Part shown: positions 13,169 through 29,066 of the stretch, in pieces
Numbering within the stretch: position 1 is the first letter of the stretch
How the letters are laid out: each line of letters begins with the position of its first letter
Source: Eledone cirrhosa
Taxonomy: Eukaryota
DNA: 64,000 bases
Reading direction: 5' to 3'
Assembly: GCA_964016885.1 (NCBI GenBank)
Contig: OZ024743.1
Coordinates: forward strand, 293,818,001 to 293,882,000
Notes under the pieces: generated by a model
Database searches by the model: none
What the model saw: only the letters and a program-made list of their open reading frames with translations
Told to the model about the DNA's origin: nothing
Translations under genes and position numbers: made by a program

Positions 13169-13471
13169 CATATAATTTCTTAGTAAACTCACCTGTTTTG
13201 GGACAGATATAATTTAGTGTCAAGAGGTTAAGCTACATATGTCCGCTAAGATATTTTCAATAAAGATTGTTTCAAATATCATTTATTTTATAGATCTATT
13301 ATATATATATGCTACTATCTACAGCGGTAATGATTACCTGTCACTTCAAGTCTGCTATAACTGTCCATTCAAGAGGATGTCCATGCGTGATTTTGCTTCT
13401 TAAAGTTGATGAGTCTGCAAAAGCAGACAGGTAAAACGGTAGGTGCTGGCTGTTGTGGTTAGCGAAGAAAA

Positions 13472-13536
<65 letters not shown>

Positions 13537-14877
13537 GTAACTAATAGAAAAAATAGTGACATGGCATGGCATTGGGTGAGAAAAAAAAACCCCGTAAAAA
13601 CAAAAGAATTTGAAGAGAGGTTTATAGAAATGATGTTAATAGATTCAGAGCTTAGTTGACTTGTATAGTCGAATAGCAGCTTTCTGTAGTATAAGGGTGA
13701 TTCAGAGATATTTGACTTTCCATTGATCTGCACCAATTCCTGTTTTTGTTTTGTTTTAACTAATGATGACTTAATAATATAGCTAGATAGCCAGATGAAT
13801 AAATAGACAGAGATGGACGTACACAAATACATACACATGCTCCAGCAAACCTTCACACACACAGGCGCATACACACGCAGCTATAAGTATATATATTTGA
13901 TGGTGCATTGTTGCATATATATTCATATCACCAACGCTATGTAGATAAAATCTTACAATTTACTGTTTCCGCGCTCTAGCTACATCTCTTTCATTAACTG
14001 TTTTCGATCGGTGATCCCCTTTCTCTTTTTCCCTTTTCTTTCTCTCCTTCCCCACTTTTATTTTTATGTGCCTCTATTTCTCTTTCACTCTTCTTTGCCG
14101 ATAATCTAATCTTCCTCTCTTCGGGTGCCCCTACCATTTTTCACTTCTTGTTTGGCTTTTCGCTACCACTTTCATTTCCTGTTTGGGCTGCTCCTGCTAT
14201 GTTGATTTCGTGTTGTCTTCGCACTGCCTGAGACCGCAATACTTTCCCAGCAACGACAACTGTTTATTTCATTAAACGTCATGGAATGGCTCTTCCAGCG
14301 CATCTCCCTTACCATCCTCCGGCGAAACGCATTCTCCATTCTGTCCGCCGAGGCTGTGGGGTAGCCAGCACGTGGGACCCCATTTGCTCACAATGCAGAG
14401 AGATGGGGAGGGTGAGAGAGATGGAGGCGATGACAGTGGGAGTTTGGTTCTTCCGTGTTCGGACACATTTGCGAAACTCTAGGTTTTATGAAACAATTGT
14501 ACCATAAATTAAATGTTACCATTATGCCCTAGTTACACACACTGTTCTTCTTAGTTAAAAGACATTAACGCTTAATTTTTCTTTTAGTTTAGTTAACTTA
14601 AGTCGTTAAATATTATTGTTTAATTCTTCATTACTTATTTTCTGTCTTATTATTTTTCGTTCTATGTCTTTTTAGTGTTTGTTGTGTTTATCCCAGGTGT
14701 ATATTTCATAGCTATGGTCTTAGTTACACTATTCTATTATTTAAAGTACGGAATCTGTGTTTGAAATCTGTACAACAGTTAATGAAAGTGATGTATATGT
14801 CAGTCCCCTTTGCATACGTTGCCTGATTGTGCAGTTATGTATATAATATCCATATCCATACACATATAAATATATAC

Positions 14878-14919
<42 letters not shown>

Positions 14920-14927
<8 letters not shown>

Positions 14928-16544
14928 GGATACTATTTATGGTTATGTATATTTTAAACTTTTTATAGTTATGTATATTTTAAACCCTAAACAGTGAAGG
15001 TCAGTAATTTATTACTACCTTATTACCAGTAAGACAAATACCTCAATGTAATAACAACAGTTGTTCTACAGAGCAGTTATATAGAATTCACAAGTATCAA
15101 AGCTATGTTCAAAGCATTTATTCACTTACAATTGTTTCATCCAAACCTAGGCTTGAAGTCTTCGGAGCATTTTTCAATGTTTGTACATATACTTGACCTC
15201 CTTTCCAACGCAAGAGACATACAGATACATATATATATGTTGATGTACAGTGGAGTGACATATATTATACTATACTATCTTTGTACAGAAATTCAAATTC
15301 AAAATCAAAATCAAAATCAAAATTAAAATACATTCGGCAGATAACGCAGATAATGCAAGAGGTTAGTTTCATAGTCAGATCTAGTATGTAGTGTATGCGT
15401 TAGTTACACATGCAGCATGCAAGTGTGTCTCATTTATATACGATTATTGTGTGGCAAGGTTTAAACATGTAATGCAAGCACTTTAAGCGGGTAAGCAAGA
15501 GTATTATGGTGGTTGTAGTGGTAGGGTATTTTTTGTATAGATAAAAAAAAGTATGTATGCTGAAAAAGAAAAAGAAGAAGAAAAAGAAAGTTATAGTTTT
15601 CGTATCCACCACCATTTTCACATTCAGGAATAGGAAGATATAGTTTTTACATCAATCACATAAGTTACGATGATTCCGTATTGAATGTTTGATGCATTAC
15701 ATTATTGTAGCGTATTGAGGCTCAGTGTTATTTAATCCATATTTATAGAATAGGTTCTTTCTGCTGCGAGAATTTACAGTGGTTTATTACCCGGAAGTAG
15801 GTGTGTAATTAAGGGGAGTTAATGCGTAAGGGGAGGTAACTAGCTGATTCTCATATCTAAATTCATTGTTCTAACATACATTATATGGTGCCTCAATTGA
15901 GTTCCTTACATAAAAGGTTATATATTTATATCTGATTTTAAATTTTAAATTTTAAATACAGTCTAACCTATCATAATTTATTAAAGGTATCTATAGGAAG
16001 TTGATTACTCCCTATTATATAGTGCTACAATTGAATGTTCCATACAAAGTGCCATATCTTTGTATCAAAGTTCACTGCAAATACAGTCTACTCTCAAAAC
16101 ATATCAGTGGACCTATTAGAATTTTGTCCACATAACCCCTGGTGAGTTATGGAGCAGCGTATGGCTGTTTGCATGATAAAAACAAATACATCTCTTGGGC
16201 AGACAAATACATCCCTCATTTACAATGTCATTAATCAATCCATCAAGTTATACTTGCATATATAATTCATATATAATTCATTGCAGCACCTTACATATAA
16301 GTTAGACAGATCCCTTATGTTAATAAATTAATCCTATATGTATCTAATGTTATTACTCCATACATTTAATTACAATTGCATATATAATTCACTATACATC
16401 AATATATATATATGTATCTGTATGTTTCTTGCGTTGGAAAAGAGGTCAATGATATGTACAAACATTGAAAAATGCTCCGAAGACTCCAAGCCAAGGTTTC
16501 GATGAAACAATTGTAAGTGAATAAATGCTTTGAACATAGCTTTG

Positions 16545-16546
<2 letters not shown>
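14920..16546 (-). mobile_element. Truncated PLE with ~155-bp inverted pLTR arms carrying a variant HHR
   Basis: Inverted repeats 15096-15254 / 16388-16546. UGCU-CCGAAGA...GAAA-CAAUUG-UA-AGUG at 15123-15169(-) and 16473-16519(+). Flanked by (TA)n and (TC)n. Confidence 0.65.
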
Positions 16547-16628
<82 letters not shown>

Positions 16629-17067
16629 AGGTAAATTTCTTTAAGTCGTTTGGAAGCCTCGACAATGCAAATGGGCAAATCTCCGGGTAACAAGAAACAA
16701 GATCCGGTGGTGGAGAGAGACATGTAAGTGGGTGTACGTTGAGATGCGTGGCGTGTATAAGACGTGTAGAGGAATGAAGGAAAGAGCGTAAAGGATAAAA
16801 ATAAAAATAACAACACGAGAGTTACCTTAGGAGAGATTTAATTGTCCCTATATATTTCGGATTCACATCCATCAACTGGGGTTTTTTTCCAGGGTGGGGG
16901 AAAGGTTTTCTGTTGGAAAGGTGCGAAACGTGTCCTCCGTTGTTCGTTGTTTTGAATATATATATAATTGTTTCCCTAAACACTTACATTTTCTCCAAAC
17001 ATTTTTTTCTGTTCCTTCCTCTTCTCCCTATCTACCTTTCTATTTCTTTTATTTCTCATTCAAACTT

Positions 17068-17103
17068 ACTTCTGATGAAGGAATAGTGTCCGAAACGTTA
17101 TGA
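17068..17103 (+). ncRNA. Minimal HHR, degenerate stem I
   Basis: CUGAUGA-AGGAAUAGUGUCC-GAAACGUU; same family as 1941-1976; stem I poorly paired. Confidence 0.55.
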
Positions 17104-17779
17104 TTGCCTTCCAACTATATCAAGCGGTAAAATAATATATTTCTTTATTGTACTGTATTGTTTTCTTTGTTATTTCCATATACTTTTCGCTTATATATAT
17201 ATAATGTGCACACACACTGAAGCACTCATATATGCGTACACACACATACACATATATAATTGGCTGTTATTGTGACATGGTAATTTGAAAAACACGGGAT
17301 TCAACATATTATAATATTTCCTAGGAGACACAATCTAATCCCACCAATGAAATATAATTCTGATCCTAGTACTTCAAGGCATTGAGTTACACAAGAGGAA
17401 ATTACTTGGGACTGTCCAGCGAGTCTAACACCGTGTAGGTTAAAGGGTATCTTAGGAGAAGAGAGAACGTGTTTAATGGACCTTTTAAAATTGAATTAAT
17501 TTTAAATTTTCGATTACATGTGTATTTGAGGGCATTCAAACATTTTCCATTAATAACGATTCCTGTTATCTTACTGAAATAAAAAAATGTAATTTAATTA
17601 TCAAATTTAAGAACTCATAAATTATAATGAACATTTTTCCATTTTCAGAGCATAGCCGATTTCTTGTAGGCTCTTATATATTAACTTCTACGGTAAATTC
17701 CGCTTGATTTTCTCATATGGTTTCAAAAGGTAGCTTCACAATCATGGGTATAACGCATGCGCACACACATACATTTCCA

Positions 17780-17872
17780 TTCAAATAATTACAATACGCA
17801 TTTTCATGACGCAATACATAATTACATAAAAGTGGTAATCGGTTATCGGCCAATTTACTTATCGGTGTATTC
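17780..17872. repeat. ~93-bp arm inverted relative to 22341-22434
   Basis: Reverse-complement match (TACACCGATAAG...GGCCGATAACCGATTACCACTTTTATGTAATT...GCGTCATGAAAATGCGTATTGTAA). Confidence 0.85.
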
Positions 17873-17894
17873 ATATATATATATATATATATAT

Positions 17895-18028
17895 ATAACA
17901 AAGGAATTGTGGTAGGGAACCAGATGGACCATAACGCACCAGAGTACTCAATACTTAGGGTAGTAGAGTGGGAAATAAGAAAAAGTAAGACCCCGACGGC
18001 AGAGCCCAAGCCGTTTCTGGACGGCTAT

Positions 18029-18033
<5 letters not shown>
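17895..18033. mobile_element. Short pLTR-like fragment in (TA)n, homologous to 33940-34060
   Basis: Shares GGACCATAACGCACCA.AGTACTCAATACTTAGGGTAG and GACCCCGACGGC...GCCGTTTC blocks. Confidence 0.65.
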
Positions 18034-18105
<72 letters not shown>

Positions 18106-18107
<2 letters not shown>

Positions 18108-18863
18108 TACAATATTAAATAAATGGAAAACTATATTTATAAAACCATATTTATTTCATTATATATATTTCGGGGATATCATATTAACAATATGCTATGC
18201 CTTCATCAGACAAAATACAATATAAACAATTTTATAGATAAATAGATTCGACATACCGTTATAACACCGACTTCATTTGAAGAGGTTTAAGCTGGCAGTG
18301 AAAAAATTTTACACAGAGAGAAAGAAAGAGAGAAAAAAGAAAGAAAGACAGAAAACGAAGAAAAGGAAGAAAAAGAAGAAAAAGAAGAAATGCATGGAAC
18401 AAAATAGAGAGATGGAAAGATAGATAAAGCGAAGAACTTCATGTAAAGAAACAGAAAGATATATATATGTATAGAGAGAGAGGAAATAGAGATAGATACA
18501 TATATATATAGAAAATTAGGTAGTGGGAGGTCATTTTGAGTAAATGTATCAATGATACATTTATTTATTTATTTATTTAGCTCAAGTATTAATGTAAGGG
18601 AGATATATATATATAGAAAAAATATAGAGAGAGGAAATCTATTTATCTATAAAACTGTTTATATTGTATTTTGTCTGATGAAGGCATAGCATATTGTTAA
18701 TATGATATCCCCGAAATATATATAATGAAATAAATATGGTTTTATAAATATAGTTTTCCATTTATTTAATATTGTAAATATACTCCAAATATTTGTCGAG
18801 TGCTTTTATATCAGTTATAAATATTTACTAGTTGTAACTCAACAATTTTAAATATAACTTTCC
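18106..18863 (+). mobile_element. Truncated PLE-type element with ~141-bp inverted pLTRs, each with an HHR
   Basis: Inverted repeat 18108-18248 / 18636-18776 with one mismatch seen. HHR AUUUUGU-CUGAUGA...GAAA-UAUAUA-UA-AUGAAAU at 18668-18731(+) and 18153-18216(-). Embedded in (TA)n. Confidence 0.8.
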
Positions 18864-18875
18864 ATATATATATAC

Positions 18876-18983
<108 letters not shown>

Positions 18984-19029
18984 TTATATATATGTGTATA
19001 TATATATATATATGTATATATAAATATGC

Positions 19030-19077
<48 letters not shown>

Positions 19078-19122
19078 GTATATGTATAAATATGTATATA
19101 TGTATATGTATATATATATATG

Positions 19123-19890
<768 letters not shown>

Positions 19891-19987
19891 CATACATATA
19901 TATTTATATATGTATGTATATATGTATGTATGCATATATATATGTATATATATATGTATGTATGTATGTATATATATATATACATAT

Positions 19988-20044
<57 letters not shown>

Positions 20045-20660
20045 CATATATATATACATACACATACATATATATATACATACACATATATACATATACA
20101 CATATATATATACATACATATATATATACATACATATATATATATATACATACATACACATATACATACATACACATATATACATATACACATATATATA
20201 TATACATACATATATATATATACATATATATATATATACATACATATATATATACATACATATATATATACACACATATATACATACGTATATATATATA
20301 TACATACATTTGGTAGATTTATCTACATATATATACATACATATATATATGTATATATACATACATATATATATATATACATACATATATATATACATAC
20401 ATATATATATATACATACACACATACATACATACATATATACATACATACATACATACATATATACATACATACATACATACATATACATATATATATAC
20501 ACATATACATACATACGTACATACATACATACATATATACATACATACATGTATACATACATACATATATATACATACATACATGTATACATACATACAT
20601 ATATATACATACATACATATATATATACATACATACATATATACATACTTACATATATAC

Positions 20661-21266
20661 ATGGTGGCTGCCAACTCGTTTTCGAGTACGGCCACTACTT
20701 TATATCCATGTAGGAGAACCCCTACCGATGCGCTGAACGAATGTGACTTTTTAGTCCAGCCAGCGACTTGAAAACTACAAAGACTACACTTGTGACCATT
20801 ATTGACACATAGTGCAGGGCCCATGGTACCATATGATGACAAGTGCAGAGAGATCTCCAGATATAAAGCAATGCCTGTTCTGTGAAGCTTTTATAGTGAG
20901 CAAAGGCACTGCACAAAGCCAGTCCCACTCTCTTAACCAAGATGATATTTACCAAAAAGAAGAACAAGTCAACATCATTGGATACCATCAGGGTTGCAGG
21001 TGTTATATCACAGTTTTCCTTCTCCTAGAATTCTGCCTTGACAAAGGCTAAGGGGTCATCTCTCCCGGTGATTTTGGATGGCTATTGAGTCTTAAGAGCT
21101 CCCTTGCCCTTTGACAGGTTTTGTTTTTAGTCCTGCAGGATGTCCAAAGTCACCCTCCTCACCAAGAAACCTTGGTGGGGTTGCCAGTTTAGTCGCCAAC
21201 GACCCGACCATGAGACAGGTTGTACTGGGACACATGTTACCAGTAGCACCAACTGGTGACGTGACA
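20661..21266 (-). mobile_element. Non-autonomous RTE-derived element, copy 2
   Basis: Highly similar to 19278-19890. Confidence 0.7.
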
Positions 21267-21293
21267 TATATACATACATACATATATATATAC

Positions 21294-21902
21294 ATGGTGG
21301 CTGCCAACTCGTTTCGGAGTATGGCCACTACTTTATATCCATGTAGGAGAACTCCTACCGATGCGCTGAACGAATGTGACTTTAGTCCAGCCAGCGACTT
21401 GAAAACTCTGGTACAAACACTACACTTGTGACAATTATTGACCCATAGTGCTAGGCCCATGGTACCATGTGACGACAAGTGCAGAGAGATCTCCAGATAT
21501 AAAGCAATGCCTGTGCCGTGAAGCTTTTATAGTGAGCAAAGGCACTGCACAAAGCCAGTCCCACTCTCTTAACCAAGATGATATTTACCAAAAAGAAGAA
21601 CAAGTCAACATCATTGGATACCATCAGAGTTGCAGGTGTTATATCAGAATTTTCCTTCTCCTAGAATTCTGCCTTGACAAAGGCTAAGGGGTCATCTCTC
21701 CCGGTGATTTTGGATGGCCATTGACTCTTAAGAGCTCCTTTGCCCTTTGACAGGTTTTGTTTTTAGTCCTGCAGGATGTCCAAAGTCAACCTCCTCACCA
21801 AGAAACCTTAGTGGGGTTGCCAGTTTAGTCGCCAACGACCCGACCATGGGACAGGTTGTACTGGAATACATGTTACCAGTAGCACCAAGTGGTGACCTGA
21901 CA
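21294..21902 (-). mobile_element. Non-autonomous RTE-derived element, copy 3
   Basis: Highly similar to copies 1 and 2; copies separated by (TA)/(TACA) microsatellite. Confidence 0.7.
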
Positions 21903-21973
21903 TATATACATATATACATACATACATATATATATAGATACATACATATATATATAGATACATATATACATAT

Positions 21974-22068
<95 letters not shown>

Positions 22069-22099
22069 CATATATATAATATATATATATACATACACA

Positions 22100-22155
<56 letters not shown>

Positions 22156-22163
22156 CATACATA

Positions 22164-22434
<271 letters not shown>

Positions 22435-22492
22435 TTTTTTCTTTTTACCATTTGTTACACACACACACACACACATATATATATACACACAC

Positions 22493-22524
<32 letters not shown>

Positions 22525-22525
22525 G

Positions 22526-22562
<37 letters not shown>

Positions 22563-23129
22563 AAACAAATGGCAAAAAGGAAAAAATACAGTTGAAAATG
22601 CTAGAGGGATTTTTTCAGTATAACATCAAAATATTTATTCATAAAATAGGGATTTGTGCATTTAATCGTGTACCGGTTTCAGCTTTATATGCCTTTTCAA
22701 CGACGGAGTTGTATAGTGCAATTAAATTGAATATTTATACGAATAATAATAAAATTGAGAAAAAATCTTTTAGTTTTTACATACATAATTAGAGAGGGAT
22801 GTTCATATTTTTGTCCGTAATTTTGTTAGTGTTGACTAACAGAGGTGGTAGCAGTTTAAATTGTTGGCTTGGAAGCCTACAATTTAAACTGCTTTTGATT
22901 CCAGAGTCGGGGCAGATCGATACGGATCAAAGCTTGAGGTGATCAATAGCGAAAAGTGTGTCACCAATCAATAAACTTACTGAAGGCTTAACAAATCGTC
23001 CCTGTATAATTATATTACACTCTATCTAGCTCTACACCTAGCCACTGACGAGCACCGAAACAACGAGTACTTACCTGGGTGAACCTATAGTAACTTCACG
23101 TTACACTCCCTGGTTATCTCTCTCTCTCT

Positions 23130-23266
<137 letters not shown>

Positions 23267-23277
23267 TAAATATATAT

Positions 23278-23310
<33 letters not shown>

Positions 23311-23327
23311 TAAATATAAATATATAT

Positions 23328-23372
<45 letters not shown>

Positions 23373-23399
23373 AATATATAAATATATATATATATATTC

Positions 23400-24049
23400 T
23401 TTTAATTGATTTGTATTCACCATTCCTTCCGTAGTTAATATGTTCCTCACTCTGGTGGTTTCTGATCCCATATGATTGAACAGATATCTCTATGTCTACT
23501 TCCCTCTATATACTGATTTATAAAGTGTCCGCAACCTATTTCTTGAGCTCATTAAATCATAGGGTATGAATGTGAGTCTTTAACTCCGTTTTTAATTTGA
23601 TATATTGGCTCCTAATTCATTTCTATATGTAAGTAGAGCTTCTTAATTTGAATAGTTCTGGGCTGCTGTTTTTAGCTGGCTTTTGGTCTATTCACACTGC
23701 CATGGGCTATAAAACGCACTTCTCTTTTCTCTATACCATGCGAATTTTCTTAGTTATCTGATATAATTATAGAAGTGTTGATCGTATTGATAGACACTGA
23801 CCGATGAGTTCCATCTACAATATGTATTCATTCTTCACTTTTTATAGCGAAACATACATTTGAGCATGTCTGCATGTCTCGGTGTTATAGCTATAATTGG
23901 ATGCTTAGTATACTTTAATACATTTATTTTAATTGATTTGTATTCACCATTCCTTCCGTAGTTAATATGTTCGTTACTCTGGTGGGTTTTGATGCCCTAT
24001 GATTGAAAACATATCTCTATGCGTACTTCTCTCTATATGCTGATTTATA
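23400..24049. repeat. Direct repeat (~125 bp) with ~527-bp period between (TA)n tracts
   Basis: TTTTAATTGATTTGTATTCACCATTCCTTCCGTAGTTAATATGTTC at ~23400 and ~23927. Confidence 0.8.
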
Positions 24050-24544
24050 TATATATATATATATAATGTGTGTGTGTGTATATATATACATGTAAACGAA
24101 AGTTTATCGTTTTTATCAATATATATATATGAGTTAATAAGATATCGTTTAAGGTAATCCAAGTAGAGGTTATAAGTACTCTGTCGAGGATACTTTTAAC
24201 GTTCGGCGTTGTTGATTCAACAAGAAGTTTCCTTAGTCGAGTTTCCTTAGCCGATTCAAGACAGTCCTTAGGTAAGCGGTTCTTGGAGTAATAATAGTAA
24301 ATGAGTGAAGAATAACATGGTCGGCTGTACAATAGGGTTAATTTAAATATTAATAATTGTTTCAGTAGTCCGGTGTGTCTAAAAGTCGCTGATCGCCAGA
24401 AGCTACATCACTCGATTTTAATTACAGTCGATACCCGACCAAATCATTAGATTACTGATCTGTGTACATTATACAGTACGTTAATATTCATAGATACATG
24501 GGAGAATAACATAAATGAAAACAACAATAATAATAATAATAGTG

Positions 24545-24598
<54 letters not shown>

Positions 24599-25823
24599 AT
24601 AGTGGGGTACAGTGATGAGAGGACAGAGGCGTAAAATAGTAATGACAATAATAACAACATGGAAAAAGTAAGAGAAGTGGTAATGAAGAGATGATATGAT
24701 AAGGGATATATTTAGGGTGACTTGACAGTGTAATGAAATGGGAAGGGATGAGGGGATAATGGCGACATTCAATGAGTTAAATAGATGAAATGGCTAAATA
24801 TAAAATAAAAAGATAATGATAACAGACGGGTGATTAAGGTTGGGGTATTTTGAAAAGTATTATCTTAATAGAGGTGAAGATTGATGGTAATGCTGTGTGT
24901 GAGAGGGTGTGTCTATAAAGAAGCTGTGGTACAGTCGCTTGATATATATATATATATATATACTATAATAATATTTAATCTATACATATAAAATATATAT
25001 TGATTATGTTCTCAACAAAGAAAGTTCAATGAACATTAAACTCAAAACATGATTTTCAAATCTAAATCATATACTAAAAGAGTTTTCATATATCAATTTG
25101 AGAAACAAACTAGTATTATGTACATATATATATAGAGAGAGAACAACAAATAATATATGTACTAACTTAAATAAAACTACACACATGCACGTAATGTGTG
25201 TGTATTTTTATGGAAAGTAACATTAAGAGTTATATGTATTTATGTTATCTCTTCTTCAGGTCCGAGGCTAAAAGTAAATCTGCCTCGTCTGTGATAAGAG
25301 CAAGCATCATATTAGTAGATTTAAACAAATACATCTTACTTCGCATTTAACATGTTCGGTATATTTGATTAGGCCTACAAACCCAACGCTTACAGTGTTG
25401 CACGGACGATAATGTGTGGTGCATTGGATTCGCGACCAAAGCACTCATGTTTCTCCAATATACTGCACTGACAATGTGTACCAGCAATAGCTGAGAGTTA
25501 ACCATGTGAGAGACAGATGTCATGTCCAGGGAAGAATCTTGTCGTATCAGTCACGCTAAACGCCGATGATGCCAGGATATGCTCCGTCCTGATGAGCCTC
25601 CGAGCTCAGAACAGACATTAACTTTGACTCGTGCACACACACACAGACAGACAGACGCAAGCATCGGAAACTTCTGGTTTGTCTAATCTTTTAATAGCAA
25701 CTAAATTTATATGCTTATAAGTCTCGTGAAAATTATAATTTTAACCCAAGTGATAAACAATATTTTATTACTTCTTTTGAATATTACACTTTATCCATAT
25801 ATCATTGTGTACATTATCAAATA

Positions 25824-25910
<87 letters not shown>

Positions 25911-26492
25911 TCACACACATTTGATATCGAAAAGTGACGTTGTAGCGGTTGATGGGAATCAATTCAAGTATCCATTGTTTTCCTATCGAGATAGATGTAC
26001 TCACTATTACACAACAGGACGTTCACTGATTAACAAACACATCAATAACATGAATCCAGTTATATGAGAACAGAACAGACATTGTAATTCTCTACTTATT
26101 GACGTCAATTAGATAATCGAATTTTCATTACAAAAGATCCATATGAGAACGGAACAACATCGCCAACAACAGCAATTGATAGTAACCAGGTTTAAATAAA
26201 AACTCACATAATGTTATGATTTTTGAACTCGTAGTAAGTAAACAAAAACTCATTTCTGCTTTGATGAGGCATGAAATAGGATTTTTATTGTTATATCAAT
26301 GAAAACATGAGAGAGTAAGTATGTTACTATTAAACAAGAACGCAGTAAAGTAAACCAATGTTATTCAAAAGATGGAGTTGTTGGACTACTTGTTTACTTA
26401 TACATAGGTCGTAAGTTCAAGACCGCTGAAATAATATTTTATTTTTCATTTCTATTCTACACACATTAATTTGCATATATGTATATATGGCA

Positions 26493-26586
<94 letters not shown>

Positions 26587-26589
26587 TCA

Positions 26590-26639
<50 letters not shown>

Positions 26640-26669
26640 ATATGTATATATATGTATATATATATATAT

Positions 26670-26824
26670 GTAAGCATGTATGTATGTATACGTACATACA
26701 TATATGTATACAGACGTACAGTAGTATGTACATATATGTATGTACGTATACATACATACATACTTACATTTAAGTAAGTGCCGTACTAAGAGTGAGAAAT
26801 GAAATTTCGTTTCATTCTATTCCA
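26670..26824 (+). mobile_element. Helentron/DINE-like non-autonomous element 3' part
   Basis: ATACTTACATTTAAGTAAGTGCCGTACTAAGAGTGAGAAATGAAATTTCGTTTCATT shared with 45033-45091 and 62098-62155. Confidence 0.5.
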
Positions 26825-26832
26825 TTTATATA

Positions 26833-26943
<111 letters not shown>

Positions 26944-26992
26944 ATATATATATGTATATATGTATATATATATATATATGTATATATATGTA

Positions 26993-27023
<31 letters not shown>

Positions 27024-27040
27024 TTATATATATGTATATA

Positions 27041-27093
<53 letters not shown>

Positions 27094-27180
27094 GTATATG
27101 TATATGTATATATATATGTATATATATGTATATATATATACATATATATGTATATGTATATATATATGTATATGTATATG

Positions 27181-27211
<31 letters not shown>

Positions 27212-27221
27212 GTAATATATG

Positions 27222-27249
<28 letters not shown>

Positions 27250-27254
<5 letters not shown>

Positions 27255-29066
27255 TAGGTATAGGATTATCCAAGATGTAGTGATGGTTAATTGCTATACT
27301 GGATATGGTTGACGTACGGTAAGAGGTTACTCTACGAGTTATGGAAGAATTGTTCAAGAAACTTAGTTCCTGATCCTTCAGTATTCCGGAGTGTATATAA
27401 AGAATGAATAATAACAGGTAGACATCATAAAAAGGTAGTTTATTCCGTGTGCTTACAAGTGTTTCCACGGTGGTGCTGCAGCCTAGTTACGCTACGTGCA
27501 AATTCACAAGTATTTGCAGAACTCGAATATCCAATGCTGTGACCACTGTTTCCTCAGAGCAGAATGGTAAATATACAATGTAAAAACCCTTAAGTGGGGT
27601 TGTTGGGGAAGATAGAGTGGAACAGGAAGAGAGAAAAGTAGGGAAGAAGGAGAGAGAAGGAAAGATATGCAGGGGTTGGAGAAGTAGGAGAGAGTGGCTT
27701 GTAGATATCTTAATCAAAATGTTATGGTAGGGGTTTTATTAGTTACTTTTGGAGAGATGCGTAGATAGTTGAGGTCGGAATTATTTATTGCCCCAGAGGG
27801 CAGGTTCATAAATGTTGAGAGGGAGGTAGGTCAAAGGTGAGAGAGAGAGAGTGTAATGGATGTAGAGAGAATTATATAGGTAGAGAGGGGACAGATAAAT
27901 ATGTGTGGTGAGTGAACTTTTGGTTTTGTAGTAGTATTCTAGGAGTTGTACTGAGTTACCATGTATAGTGATAAGCAGTGTATTGTCTTGTAGTGTGGGG
28001 GGAAGAGAAGGTTGTTAGCTAGAAAGTGGTGTTGTAGTTACGGGTTCGAATGTTAAGTTATTTTATAGTGAGAGAATTTAGCTTTTAGTTTGTGGTTGCA
28101 GTATAATGATCGTTCAATTCTATCGTTAAGTAGTTTGTTTTTGGATTTTAGTATGTAAAATAGCTGAAGGTTACATAACCTGCAGTACTTCAAATCACTC
28201 CGATATGCATTTGCGCTGGAAAGTATATCCCATTTTAAGGTGAACTGTTGGTTGTGTTCACGGAGTTGCCAGGTCTTGTTGGCGAGCGTGGTCACAAAAC
28301 GGTGATTCTGATGTTTGATTGAGAATCGATGACGGTACCAGCGAGATTTAAACGATGTGGTGGTAGATCCGATATAATACCATTTCTGGTCGTCCGATTC
28401 AACCGTGCATTGGTAAACAATGTTGGACTTTAGGCATTCATTCTGCAATGGACATCTTTCAGGTAGATGGCAGTTACATGCTTTGTTGTGGGTAGCGGGT
28501 ATACCATGGATAGGTTGTGATAGCGGTACAGGTGGGTTGTGCAATACCCGTCTCCCATTTAGTGGTTGGGAGGTAGATATTGCGTTCTGCCCATCTGTTA
28601 CTAAAATGTTTTGTTTTGTAGAGTTGTTTAATTGCCTTAAGTTAAGTTTTTTTATGTATGCTTCAAGGTTTGGTGCCGTGGAGTATGATAGTCTAATAGT
28701 TTTGGAGTTCAGAATTTTGCTGTACTTATGGGAACTAGGGAAGTGTTTATTAATTAATTTAAAGAATGAAAGAGATAGTTTTGTACTAATCGAGGCATTA
28801 AAATAGGATTGTACCAGATATACTTTCTACAACGTGATTTATTTGGTGGTGATCTTCTATTATTAGTATGTCTGGTAGTACAGTGTGTGTGTGCTTGTGT
28901 TTTAGTCCCCCGGTTACGTATACCTTGATTATGTGTAGAGCTATGCGTGTTGTGGAAATTGAATTTGCACGTAGCGTAACTAGGCTGCAGCACCACCGTG
29001 GAAACACTTGTAAGCACACGGAATAAACTACCTTTTTATGATGTCTACCTGTTATTATTCATTCTT

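Noticed and set aside
22666-22705. Minus-strand UUGAAAA-GGC..GCU-GAAACCGGUA HHR-like motif
   Set aside because: Two core mutations; at most a dead relic, not listed as a feature.
23041-23076. CTGACGA-GCACC-GAAAC..GTA as a minimal HHR
   Set aside because: Stem II is 1 bp and stem I does not pair.
25240-25630. Plus-strand acceptor CTCTTCTTCAG at ~25259 and CTGATGAG at ~25589
   Set aside because: Only short reading frames follow; the CUGAUGA has no properly placed GAAA/stem III.
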